The notes beneath the pieces were generated by a model. That model made no database searches. It saw only the letters and a program-made list of their open reading frames with translations, and had not been told where the DNA came from. A stretch of DNA of 64,000 bases, taken from the NCBI GenBank assembly GCA_003693705.1, contig RBZT01000646.1:31228-95227 (forward strand), in the 5' to 3' direction. The position numbers and the translations under genes were made by a program. The DNA comes from Polymyxa betae A26-41 (lineage: Eukaryota; Protista; Endomyxa: Phytomyxea). This document shows positions 41,059-53,599 of this stretch, piece after piece (within the stretch, counting starts at the first letter, position 1; every line of letters starts with the position of its first letter).

Positions 41059-42489
41059 ATGGCCAAGATCGCCCGTATCGACTCGTTCTTCTCGTCGCGG
41101 AAGCCCGGCGCCCGCCGAGCCGTTCTCAAGAAGGCCCCATCGCCCCGGGAGGTCGCCCTCCGCCCCACCGCCCCAGCCAAACACCCCGACCTCACTGATC
41201 GTATCGTCGAGTACATTCAGCGCCTGAGACCGGACGACGACGCCCTCCCTGATGATGTCCACCAGCGTGTCCGACGCCAGCTCGACCACAGCGGCGACGC
41301 CGTCGCCATCGCCGACGCCATCTGCATCGATTGCGAACAGCGCTCCGACCTCCTACAATCTTGCTCGAGCTGCTATAGCACTCGGCTAAGACCGAACGAC
41401 GCCCAGCGCCCAGCAGCCTTTCTGGCGTCGTCTACAGAGGCGATGAAATCCCGCGTCATCAACACATCGGTTCGCGCTCTGGACGCCTTCCATCAGCTCA
41501 TGCAGACCAAGAAAGCCGCCGATTTCGCCACGCTCGGCGGCGACGCCCTGTTCCTGTTCCGCTTCCTAGCGGAGCGGGCCCAGCACGACCAGGTTCGCGA
41601 CCTGGCGCTCAAGTACGTCCACCTGGCCATGCAACGATGGGACCAGCACCACCCGACGCTATCGCCGCCCTATACTGCCTCTCATCTGCTCTACTACGCT
41701 GAGGCCGTCCACGCCAAGCTCTTTCTGCAACCAGAACGCCTTCACGTTCACCGGCAAGAGCTACGCGACGCCTTGATGGATTTCGAGCTCAGCGAGGTCG
41801 TCACGTTCTCGCCTTCCGAGTCAGAGCCGCTGTATCTGGCGACCGGCACATGCTCGGGCTGCTTCAAGCGGAATCCGTCACGCGCCGAATCGTGCAGCGG
41901 GTGCCGTCGTGATCTTCGTCGAACCGTCGATTATCAAAGCATGTTCTTCGCCCTCGTCTGGGCGGGTTTATTCGCTGAGATCGATGTCGACCTTCATTGT
42001 AACGATCATGACGACCCGGTGACCGTCGCCGATGTCCTGCGGCATCTAAAGCAGATCAGGCCGTATCGAAGCTGCGACGATATCGGCTGCGGCTCGTACA
42101 AGGCCCAATGCTATTTCATCACACATTTGGTCTATGTGATGAGCGATTGGGGTCGGGTCGAGCTGGACCCCATCGATTTCGTCGAAGAGGTCACGTTTTT
42201 GCTTGGCAATATGGAGAAGGCGATTCGCCTGGGCGATCCGGAGATCGTCGGCGAGATGGTGCAGTGCTTGAGGATATTTGGCGCTGGCGACGACGATTTA
42301 GCAGTTCAGAAGGGCGTCGCCTATTTATTGCAGAAAGAGAAGACGCTGAAGAAAGGGAACTGGGTGAAACCTACTAGGACGTTCTATCAGCGATATCATG
42401 CGGTCTACTGTGGCCTGATTGGCTTGAATCCTTTCAGGCCCAGGCCGAGGCGTCCCCTGCCGCGGGCATGGCGTGATGCATTGTACTAA
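41059..42489 (+). CDS. Intronless alpha-helical protein with zinc ribbon and DUF6895-like C-terminal domain
   Basis: Long clean GC-rich ORF. Zinc ribbon CSGCFKRNPSRAESCSGC, then CYFITHLVYVMSDWG...DPEIVGEMVQCL...GVAYLL...GNW...RYHAVYCG. Confidence 0.7.
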   Translation: MAKIARIDSFFSSRKPGARRAVLKKAPSPREVALRPTAPAKHPDLTDRIVEYIQRLRPDDDALPDDVHQRVRRQLDHSGDAVAIADAICIDCEQRSDLLQSCSSCYSTRLRPNDAQRPAAFLASSTEAMKSRVINTSVRALDAFHQLMQTKKAADFATLGGDALFLFRFLAERAQHDQVRDLALKYVHLAMQRWDQHHPTLSPPYTASHLLYYAEAVHAKLFLQPERLHVHRQELRDALMDFELSEVVTFSPSESEPLYLATGTCSGCFKRNPSRAESCSGCRRDLRRTVDYQSMFFALVWAGLFAEIDVDLHCNDHDDPVTVADVLRHLKQIRPYRSCDDIGCGSYKAQCYFITHLVYVMSDWGRVELDPIDFVEEVTFLLGNMEKAIRLGDPEIVGEMVQCLRIFGAGDDDLAVQKGVAYLLQKEKTLKKGNWVKPTRTFYQRYHAVYCGLIGLNPFRPRPRRPLPRAWRDALY

Positions 42490-45400
42490 TCTAAATTATT
42501 TATTATATATGCTATCATATTGGAGTTTACCTGAAACGCCATTTTCACATCTCGGTAGTATCAAAACTGGGCAATCTTGCATTGCTGTTGAGAATCATTG
42601 CTCATGCCGACTTGTCAAGGTGCAATAGAATTCAGATGGGTAGACAGTGAGAGATGCACCTATCTGGGATTGTATAAGAACCCGAACCGTTCGGATTCTT
42701 TACGAAAGCTTCGTTTTAACGCATAATCATTAAGCAAGGATCAAATTTACAACTACTCAAGCACAATTGTTTTGAATGCTTTTTGATAGCGAAAGCTGCT
42801 CCTCGATCTATTTTACATTCAGACGGTACTCCAAATGTTGTCGAGAATCTTGAAGCGTTATACAACAACGCAGATACATTTTGATAACACATGTCAAATG
42901 TTCAGACTGAATTGAATTTACTTTGCGATCCAAATCCGTTTAAAATGTTAATCCAGTTCGCTGTTTATATTAAAACGTTCTTTTAGTTTTCAAGTGGACC
43001 GTATTTAGACAAAAGAATTCTTTGTTAGACATACGATTAGGTGGATAACCGAACTGTATATTCCGGGAAAATAGCCACCGCTGATGCCCTGCGAATGTTG
43101 TGATGACAATTCAAATTCTCCATTCTGCAGAAGTGCGTTGTAATTGCAGGTCGTGCCTAGGAAGGAGTCGTTTTCGGCGGTAGATGCTCGGTAGGCATAG
43201 ACTCACAGGCCCTTTACGCTGGCCAAATAGAGCCAGATAGAGAGCGTCAGCGTCCCTCTCCCCACCATTCCCGTCGATGTCGGTCGAGCGGGTGTTGGGG
43301 GCCCTCGCAGTGACACCGACGATTCCAAGGTTTTGGGCTATCCCTGGACCAGGAGGGACGCGCCGACGATGGATTGAGCAGGACGGACACTGTTTCTTGG
43401 GCCCATTCCCTTTAGTCTGTGCAGTTGCTCAGGCTATGGATTCAAGCAAATATGCAACCAAAAATGTGACCTGCGAACTACATTCGCCAGACAAATGCTT
43501 ATATAAGCCCGACCATTTGCGATTGTATATCGCCCAACACAGAAACATAGATTGTATACAAAACCGCTCACCAGTAAAATTGGTACTCAAATGTATGTCA
43601 ACAAACAAACCCATCCTACAAACCAAAACCCTACTCGCACTCACTTTTTACCACAGAACCACTGGTTACACTTGACAGCAACTATCAGGCACAGTCTTGC
43701 GCAACATCGTCGCCCAGTGGAACGAGACTATGCAGTACTGTATTGCAAATCAAGATTTGGATTCGTGGATCAAGCATGGGCATGTGAATTCACGTAATTC
43801 CCTCCAGCATTAATACAGTGTATGTATATAGAGAATACAGCAACTCTGACCAAAATTTGGTTTTGCGGCAATACCCTAATTTTAAAACAGCCTTCTGCAA
43901 AAGCAAGACATTTTGAATCAGCTATGATTTATGAATGAAAGACATTGGCGCAGCCAACGTTTCGACAGTCAACAAGAAAAGGGAAAGAAGCCTCTGTATC
44001 AGATTTATGAAAAGCTTATAAAATTTGGGCTGCAAATTAAAGAACAGCGTACGCTATAAGCCTTGACGACAGAAGCATAAATTTGATGAGTAACAAAGAT
44101 GCGACAATGATGGAAGTATGAAGACGTACCTGAATATTGACGGGCTCAACTCACCTGAGGCCCGCACGGCATCCGTTCGGACTGAGCTGGGTAGGAGCTG
44201 GGATTCGAGTCGGAACAACACAATTCATTACAAACCGACTGGATTGCTGCCGAATTTTGATGTAGTAATTTGTTTCGCGACTTGAAGAACTGCTCCACCT
44301 CTCTAATAATAAGTCAACGCTCCACAAAAAAGACTCAAATTGCACCGACGAAACCAATGCGGACTAGAGAATATGGCCAGATACCAACCACCGCCAAAAA
44401 TTCAACGAAATGAATTTAACTACAATGCAGCCGTCATCAAATCAAGCAATTTGCAAGCAAACTTTTGCATTAAATAATGCATTGTGGGACAATTGAACAC
44501 AACCACGTGTCGGTCATGCGCCGTTAGATGTGGTGTGATATTGTTTGACAGGCTTTGTCTGAGTCGGTATACTGTACCTATTCTCCACCTTGTCCTGCAT
44601 CTGTGCTGACCTGTCCAAGTTAACACACTCAGCACGCGAGAATGTTTTAAGTTATGTTACAGCTACCCTGATGAGGCAACATATATTTTCAGAGAAGGAA
44701 ATGTTACAATATTCAAGCGCAAATATGGTGTTGCAGTGCCCAACAACCGCAATCCCAAGATATGCCCGACATGCAAATAGCGTAACATTTTTAGATGCAA
44801 AGTGCCAAAATATCCGATGGCGATATGGAGAAGTCGCAGCACAGCATAACAACTAACAAAGACGAAACTAAACACTGCGGACTGTATGCTGTAACGACAG
44901 ACATTCATGGCTTTCGTGCCCGCTTCAGCAACAATATGGAGTTGCCGAAAATTACAACAGAGCATGGCCAGGATTCGCAGACAATATCTACATTAAAGAC
45001 GTCAATCAGGGGTAAATGCGACAGAGGCGCTCGCACTTGGGGTACGCTCTCCACCTCTCTAAACTCACCGCCCGAAACCGTGACGCCCTGGACGGCGCCC
45101 TTCGGAGTCTCGCCGCCTCAGTCCTCTGTGTCCGAAATATCCTTTTCCCTACAATTGTTCTTCATCTTGAACGTCGACAGTTGCCAGTGGCCAATCCACA
45201 ACTGCGCCAACCAACAGCGATGATTCTTGACTAAGAAATATATGTCGGATTTAGGGTCAAATAACAGCTGATGATGGTACCAGTTGGCACTGCCCATTTG
45301 ATAAGGTCCAAAATCTTGGTGTTGATTTTGTCGATTATTTGCGCGAGCCAGACACTTTCACGCAATTGTGCATCGTTCGCTTTGAAGAATCCTGTCTCGG

Positions 45401-45507
45401 AGTCGAAAACCGCCTCCAGAGGCTGTTGTGAGGACTGGGACAGGGCGAGGAAGAATAAGTGAAGGCTACGAAGAAGCAGGGGAACAAGAGTTATAAGAAT
45501 CGAATAG

Positions 45508-45574
45508 NNNNNNNNNNNNNNNNNNNNNNNNNNNNNNNNNNNNNNNNNNNNNNNNNNNNNNNNNNNNNNNNNNN
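45508..45574. other. Assembly gap (N run)
   Basis: Run of Ns in the sequence. Confidence 1.
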
Positions 45575-48500
45575 NGATGACTCATGAGGTAGCTCGGAAG
45601 CTGAACGGAAGGATCTCGTCGCGGCTCGCTCCGATGTCGTGACCTTCCAATTGCTTGACGCGATACATCGTGATCGTTTAAGTTGGGCGCTCATATCCTA
45701 TTCGATCCTGGTTGAACGTTACCAGGTGCATTGGGAAAAAAAACATGCGTTGTGCCCAACCAAGACGCCCTAGTCTCAGATATGAGGTTGTCCACGGTCT
45801 CGTGGAAATCCCTGAGATTGTGGCCGGCCAGAATTTATCAACTGCAACAGCCACTGACAAGAACAAGGCCGGCCTTCACTATTGGACGACATCGGCCATG
45901 GCTAATTAAATTGAAGCTTGCAGCTCGTATGCTTACTCTTAAGATCTGGTTGGCCTGTCTGAACAGTTGGAAGCGCTGTTTAAATCACATTATGGGCTGA
46001 TTGGATCGATACCAAGCATTCACTAAAGTTTGTTCGCTCTTCGTTTCGTCTTCTCGTCTTAGCTCTCCTCACCCATCTCGTTTCTGTGGTATTCTTAGTC
46101 TCTAGTTCGCCTCTCCTTTGGGATTCTTAGGGTTCATTACATCCTTGTTCGAAACAGCCAAGATGAGCGTATTTACTTCGTCTTCACTCCGTTCCGTCGT
46201 CTCCAATGCTCCACAATTGTTTATCCCCGACAGCATATATGGCAATATCGTCACTCTGACTTTAGTGGTCTTTAGGGTGATTGATCATTAGTACGCATAA
46301 AGAATCTAGAATCTTCCAATCGTGCTCAGTGTCAGGAACTACAGCGCAGCCTTAAAGGTCATAGACACTGGTAGCTGCATTCTTCCACAGTATATGATAC
46401 GTTACAATAAATATATGACTGGAAACCGAACTGAGGATAGCTCAGTTCGGTAAACGCCGTTATTAAACCAACAACCTTCTGTATTCCGTCTTTGCCTCGT
46501 GTTCTTTCCTGCTTCAGCCCCTGTCTCGTTCGATATTCGAATTCTTCCTGTCTCATTTAATAGTTGGTTCTTCTGATTTTCTCAAAGGAAGTAGGGCAAC
46601 ACTTCACCTGTAATACAAAGCGATATCGGGAGTTTCGCCTAAGGCGGCGTCTGCCATGTCGATTACAACTAAACCTTCCCGAATGACATCCACATCAGGA
46701 TCTGCTTCATCCAATGCAGTTATGGATTGTTGATTGGTTATCTCGTTTGCCATTGCATCATATCACCATCGTGGAAACTGTCCAAATTCCTGGACCCATC
46801 TGAATCCTGGACAAACTCATCTTCCTCTGGGGTGCCCCCTTGCGAGATTTTACAGTCACGGGATCGTCCAAATATCCAGACACCAAGTTCGATGCAAATC
46901 CAAAAGTCACATAGGGCTCGAATCCAGGGGTTTTCCACGCTGTAGCTATGCTCAAATCCACGTCCTGGACCGTCTCGAGCTGAATCCAGCTGCTCATCAC
47001 CTCAACGAATCCCTTGATAAATCCGGAATGAAGACAACTTTCTTCAAACAGTTTCAGCTGGATTTTGCCTCCAAAAGTCCATGCGATTGCGGTTACATTA
47101 AAGAAACCGTGGTCTGATCCTCGCAGTAGTCTAGCTCGAAGACGTTGACCAAACTCCCTAAGTTCTGTGTTTTGGCCAATCGAATATTGGCATGCCTGCG
47201 CGACAGAATTTCTTGCTGCTCACTCCAAGATTCTTTCAAAGCCGTTCTCCATGACAATTGTTGATCTGCTGTCCCAACCAGAACAGTGTACTTTTGGAAA
47301 AACCACTCCAGTAGACATTCTGGTGGCTGTTAGAAATGGCGAGGCAAACAATTGCTGAGAACATTGTTACCTGTTCAGCTTAGTTACACGGAATCCAGGC
47401 ATTCCAGCCACTTTCACGGATCTCTTGATCATCAGTACAAATGTGGAGGAGGCTTTGGATTCCGGAACACAATCACATCAGTATCTTAATTGGATTTGAT
47501 GAAATCAAAGAGCCCTTCAAAGCTTTCGGGCTGAAAGGCAACTTTCCACCCATCTCCATCGACTTTGGAGTTTTCAAGAAAGCGCTGTGTGGTCGAAGAT
47601 CGAACTCATAGAAAACCGGCTTCTCGACAAAAGCGCACTTCACGCGGTCGCTCGAACAAACATTTTGCCCGTCAGCATTGTCAAAAAAGTTGGTAGCGGA
47701 AACAATTGCGTTTGGATTGGGTTCATGCTCGTTCGGACAATTGTTATGAACCAAGAATACACAGGAAGAAGATAATTCAGAATATAGAAGATTTGGAACG
47801 TTTAAGACTTGGATGTCAGGGCAGACACTATCGGAGAGTCAGAGGCAGGAGACGAAGCGAAGTCAATGATGTTGTTTATGAAAGGAGAATATCGGAATGA
47901 ATGAATCTGGACATGGAGAGGTCCTTAAATACTCGTTCGGAACGTTCTAAGAACGTTCCGGCTACCATCTCGACTGGGCTGGAAAGTGCGTGGAAAGTGC
48001 GTGGAGCTTCCACCGAGGACGACAGCTTCTACTGGATGTACCATTAGACGTGGCGTGGCCTCCATTGGTTGCTGTCGGGGGCTGCGCCCCTGACATTGGA
48101 CAACGTTAAGTGTAGACGAGATGGAAGTACGAAGAGGAACAGTAAACGAAAGACTACCGAAGGGGAGAGCTAGGACCGAATACGAGAACAAACGATATTT
48201 AGGTCCAGAGCATAGCCCCAGTTCGGCAGCTGCAACGCCTACTGTGAATTATTGATGTAGGTAAAAGCAGTCAGTCAGTGGCTACAGCGAGAGGCTGCGC
48301 GGCTCGATTGTGACAACAATTGTCATCTTGCCCATCATTCTGGGCGATACTTTCCTCGTTGGAGGATGCACTGTCGCTCTCGTAGGCACGAACGTCAGGT
48401 TGAGACGAACATTTCGGATATCGAGATTTCACTCATGGCAAACTGACTGTGATGAAAGCGCTTTTCAGCAATTGACCCTAACTGACTTATTAAACACTTT

Positions 48501-48584
48501 TTCAAGTGAACCGTCGGAAGGTGACCTCATCTTTGAATGAATCTTAATATTCCCGAAACTGCCGTTTGCTTGCAATGCTTGATT

Positions 48585-48747
48585 AGTTCAGGGTTTGCAT
48601 TCGATCATATTCCTCCAGATCGACACAATTTTTTATGACTCACAATTGTGCGATGGTAGCATGTCAGTTCAGGGTTTGTACTCATATTCTTTCTGATCTA
48701 CACAATTTGTTTTTCTCTGACGCACAATTGTGCGATCGGAACATGCC
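48585..48747. repeat. Imperfect tandem duplication (two units of about 81 bp) containing the palindrome CACAATTGTG
   Basis: AGTTCAGGGTTTG...CATATTC...GATC-ACACAATTT...CACAATTGTGCGAT...CATG occurs at 48585 and 48666. Confidence 0.85.
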
Positions 48748-51700
48748 TTCTCAAAGACTCGGTGTCGTCTACTTTTTGCGTGTCTCCTTGTCAAGATAAG
48801 CAGATACATGATGGAAATAAACTCCTTATTTCCCGAATCTAACTTTACTATAATCAATTACCACGATCTTGAATTCCAGTTTGTGAATTACCGGTAGATG
48901 GTTCCGTCCATTTCGGTCGGCAGAATAAACTTGCTCCCAAGTTTCGTTAGGGACAGAGTTTGCTCACTCTTAGCCCTTTCGATCTTCTCCCATCTGCTAG
49001 GAGCGCAGTCATCGTAGATTGAAGACAGCCAACAACAGCCTGGACAATGGCTTATGGCAGCATCATCCTCCGAATCAGTTGATGTCCTATCATCTTCTTT
49101 TTTGAAGAGGTGATCTCCTTTTTGCGTTCCGGATTGAACTGCATTTTATCTACTTATTGAAAAAGGAGGTCGGCGACCTCCTGAAATTATAAGGAGACGA
49201 AAAATGCGCTCCGCAGTCAAGGCTACCCAATAAGGAGACTCCCAAAAAGTAGACGTCGCCACGCACTTCAACCAGGCTCTAACATATTATCAATGATCAA
49301 CTAATACATAAATTTCGAAGTGCATTATCCCTGGATCCCAAATTTGTAGCAAACTGGAAACACCAGGGAGCAGTCCGTACTCCGTACGGACCAATCTTCA
49401 CTTCTTCTGACCAATTCGCAATCTATTGACCTTCATTCACCCAATGGACGCTACATTAACTGATCTGAAGTCTGCCATTGTGCAGGGACTCCAAGCCATT
49501 GACGGCGATTGGACCAGTCATGCCTCTTCAGCTGATATCCGCGATCTTTGTCAAAGTTGCTGCGACGATCGTATCAAGGCTAGCATTATCGTCAGATGGG
49601 TCTGCACCGTCGATCCAGATAGCGTGAGAAATCGACCAGCGGACGCTTTGGCAATGGTGGAACAAGGAACGATTGCTGTCATGGACTCTGCCATCGTTGC
49701 CGATGTCGAATGAACGCTGTGCCGTCTCTTCTGCTTTCCAACTCCCAATAGAATTTCACAGGAGCTGCAGTCCTGGCAGTGCCAGAAGTCCGAAGATTTT
49801 TGCAAGATGCAATCGTTACACCGCATGTTCATCCAGTTGAGGCAAATACGTATGCGCCTGGATCTCTCACAACAACTGTTGCAGGTACCAAAAATCCAGC
49901 AAAGGTTCCTGCACGGGTCGGAATAGAAAACAAGAATAAAGCAGCATGTCTTAACCAAGAAAGTTTAATCCATAAAAGAATGAAAGCCCCCCGAAACCTA
50001 CGCTGTGCTTATGAAACAAGCCTAAATCGCAAAAATACAGGAAAATCCGAGGAGACCGGAAAAGTGCTGTCAAACCAAAATCATACAGAAACGTAATCCC
50101 TACCATCAACTCGCAGAGCACGCATGGAAAAGTTTCGTTCTGAAGAAGGCAAAGCAAAGATGTATCGTTTTCCACCACCAGACAATGGGAACCCAGTGCA
50201 AAAAATATTACAGAATATTTTGCAGGACGACCCAAGGGGGTTTAACGAACACCAAGCCTAGCCGAACCCAATGGAGAAATTGGCTAAGAATTCGGGCAGC
50301 TGACATATCCAGATGGATGGTTTTTCGCTGAGAAGGCCGCGTGTCAAGGCTCCAGAATACGCTCGAGAACAATGGGAAACGCCGGTACGTTCTGACAATC
50401 ATGTATTAATAGAGCTCACTTGTATACCGGGGGAGCGGAGTCAAATCGCCAGACAAAAACGTTCGGGAATGCTTGTTGGAGTGCTCCAATAAATCGGCCT
50501 GCGTAGCTGGCGGGCGCCACGCATACCTCCGCCGAAAGCGAACGCATGATTACTGGCGTTAATGTGCACCAGAGCAGGGACCCCCTGACCTTCAGTGCCT
50601 GCAGGAGGAGCCGGAGCGGGATATGCCGCTATAAATTCGTTATATGCTTGTTGATTTGGAATTCCAGGACTCCGAAGGTCCACAACAACGAAGAAGGGGT
50701 CAACCCGTTCAAACAAATCGAAGTGATTTTGCTTCAGATATTCTACAAATCGGAAAATTTGGTAAACGAAGAGTAAAACCTCGATTTCAATACCAAACAA
50801 TTCGGAGGATATCTCGCTCCACATGTCCCCTCCCTCCGAATTTCGCCTCTGCCGTCAACGGAGACGCGGCTCTGCATTAATTCCACTACAGGGGGGCATC
50901 GCTCTCGAGTGAAGCGACCATTTTTGTCTTTGATGTTTCGTAGGAGCGGAACCAAAAGTTTCCCTGTTTGACATAAGCAATCATGAAAGACGAAGGGCTC
51001 GATCAGAATTCAGACCACGGACTGGTTCGGGATTGAGAACCTTGTCGAATGAAGGTTCATAGTAGAATTCCTCATTTTCAGCTGACATCGATCTGTCAAA
51101 CGATATTGAACTAAAAACAACTTTAATCCGATTGAATTCATACTGTTCGGAACCATAGAAAAGACGACGATGTTTAGCCGCCTCTTCCATATTGCTTCAT
51201 TTCAGTGATTTTAACACCGTTGAATTGAAGTCGTCATGAGAAGGGAAGTTCGAATCGCGCATTAAATTTTGCATCAAATCGAACTGTGGTTACTTCAAGG
51301 GGGGGGGCGAGTATCCGTTGTCTACGGTTTGTAGGACAATCGATATGGGTTGCGCTTCCTTAAATTTTAACTGGGGCGCAAGGGGGTTGCTCTTAAAACA
51401 ACCCATCCCAAGTTTTTCGCAAAACAACCCACAAATACACAAAAATTTTAGCACATTTGGGAGACAAAACCCTAATCGATTTTGTTTTTCTACAGTATAC
51501 TATACTCTGAAAAACATTTGTTAGAAGTTGTATGTGAGGCGTGTTCGGCCTACTAGGGCTCTTCGTGAGGCATACGGAAACCATGGATTATGGAAGCGTC
51601 AGTGGTGGCTTCAGCGATTCATCGTGAGGGCCAAAGTCTTGATTCTGACCCAGCGTTGATAAGCTTTAATAGAATCGCTTTTTTATCATAAATTCGGCTC

Positions 51701-52007
51701 TTCGATTACAGTAGATTCGCCTCGAGCTAAAACAGGTTTTTACCCCAGCTCGAGTACGCCACATGTGTATCTTTGATCAATGTGAAAGTTCCGGTTGACC
51801 AACCCGCCTTGAGATTGACAGGGATGCGATGATTTTTTGTCACGGCCTGCAGCTCGCTGCGATTAAGGCCGTTCAGCTGCTCACGGAACATTTCAAACGA
51901 AGTACAGCTGAATCGCCAACTAATGAATAGAGTTGATATGCTCTTCTGCTTGCTGATAAGTCTTGAACGAGTTTTCGATCAATATACTTTTACGTTTGAC
52001 TGTATAT

Positions 52008-52851
52008 CAGGCCTCGTTAAACCTGGCAAGTGCCAGAATTACCAAGAATAGCTTATTTTTGGCACCAGATCTGGCTCTAATTTTGGAATTTTTGGAATTG
52101 CTAGAAAATCAGCCAGGAAGCGTGGTTTATTAAATTGTATATCATCAATTTCATGATTGTTTCATACCGTTTTGATTGCATCACTCTTTCAAGTGAAAAG
52201 ATCAGCAATTGACTGGCGGTGCTCGTTTTCCACCCTAGAGTGAGAGAAGTCCTACTCGACAGTGGAAGTATTTGGAAACAGAGTTGTTAAGGCTCCTGCA
52301 AATGATTGCAGTGTGGGGAATCGGGTCTTTGACCAGAAGCCATGATTGCCGGAATGAAGCCGTGGTATTGTGCAATAATTATCCTAAACTCACGACCACG
52401 CAGCAGGCAAAGCTTTTGGGGAAAACGGTGGGATTGCAGTGGTCGATTGGGTTGTTTTCGAATCTCTCAAAGCATAAAATTTGCAACTCCGTCAACAAAC
52501 CCCACCAAAAGCTGTCCCAGCTATTGTTGCCACACTTGCTGATCCCATTCGGTCATGTTCTTTTTATTATTGCGGAAATAAACAATCCTTGGTCTTTAAG
52601 AAACCATGAGACATCATCATGGAAGACAGAAAAAGACCCAGAATGCTCATGCTGTTCACGACCAGCGATTTCCTCAGGCGAAAGAGGCCCAAAAACTTCA
52701 CTATAGACTGAACGACGAGTATCAATCGTTGAAGCTTTGTTTTCTGTTCAAAACCGCGATTATTTTTTACTGGTTAATTTTGGCATATTTTTTTCCTTAA
52801 TTTTGGTAAATTTGGCATCTATTAATAGTTTGCCAAATTTAACGAGGCCTG
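52008..52851 (-). mobile_element. Non-autonomous hAT transposon (internal deletion derivative)
   Basis: 22-bp TIRs CAGGCCTCGTTAAA(CC/TT)TGGCAA. Perfect 8-bp TSD CTGTATAT at 52000-52007 and 52852-52859. Internal minus-strand transposase C-terminal remnant FAGALTTLFPNTSTVE*DFS...EHRQSIAD. Confidence 0.92.
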
Positions 52852-53074
52852 CTGTATATCCTATATGTGGTCCTATCTGTGCTATGGATTCTTATAATTA
52901 GGGTTCGCTCTTCTTCCTTTCATATTCCTCTAATTTGCCTTCGGTTTCTGATAATAGCGCTGAGGCAGATGGGCATTAAGACTTTTTTAATTTGTATTCT
53001 GCTGAATGGCATATTTAACAGACCTTTAATTTCATATCACCTTTTTCTTCAAAAATAAGTTGATTGGCGGATAG

Positions 53075-53540
53075 AAATTAGATTTGGGGTTGTTGGGAGT
53101 GGGTTAATGGGTTGGTTTTTGGGATGGGTGGTTTCAGTTATTTTTGTGGGATGAATGATATTTGTGTATTTTGTGATTTTGGGAATTGATTTACACGGAT
53201 AAAATTATCTGGGGTTGAATTGGGAGCTGATTTTTTGGTTTTGGATTTTTGGTTTTTGGATTTTAGGATTTGAATTTTGATTTTGGTTTTACCGGTAGAT
53301 TTTTAACGATGGAATGAGCGGACAAAATTATTACTTAGTATTTGTTTTTGTTTGGGCGGATTGTTAATTGAGTATCATTTCGGAAATTGGATTTTGAAAA
53401 TGATGGGACTTTTTTCTGGTGGCAAAAATATCGACACCACCTTTTTCGTAGTCATTATCAGTTTATTAGACATAAACTTTTGACTTTTTTTTAAATTCAT
53501 TTTCGTTAAATTTTGAAAAACGGGTTTTCATTTTCAAATG
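53075..53540. repeat. T/G-skewed low-complexity tract (TTTTGG/TTTTGGA-like units)
   Basis: ttttttggttttggatttttggtttttggattttaggatttgaattttg and similar; strong strand skew. Confidence 0.6.
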
Positions 53541-53599
53541 TATCGCAATCTTGAAATGGCGAAATCTACCGACACCACACTAAAAAAGCCTTACAGCTA

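Noticed and set aside
40732-41289. Antisense ORFs overlapping GC-rich genes (also 15033-15359, 32853-33161, 54854-55297)
   Set aside because: They are shadow frames of real GC3-rich genes on the opposite strand.
42676-42700. Imperfect hairpin AAGAACCCGAACCGTTCGGATTCTT
   Set aside because: Isolated, with no Helitron CTRR end or other context; plausible by chance.
44300-44900. Possible Penelope-like RT (NSVTFLDAK, PMRT)
   Set aside because: No YxDD or other RT motifs in register; too weak to call.
45266-45295. CTGATGA followed by palindromic TGGTACCA, hammerhead-like
   Set aside because: The required GAAA and flanking stems are absent.
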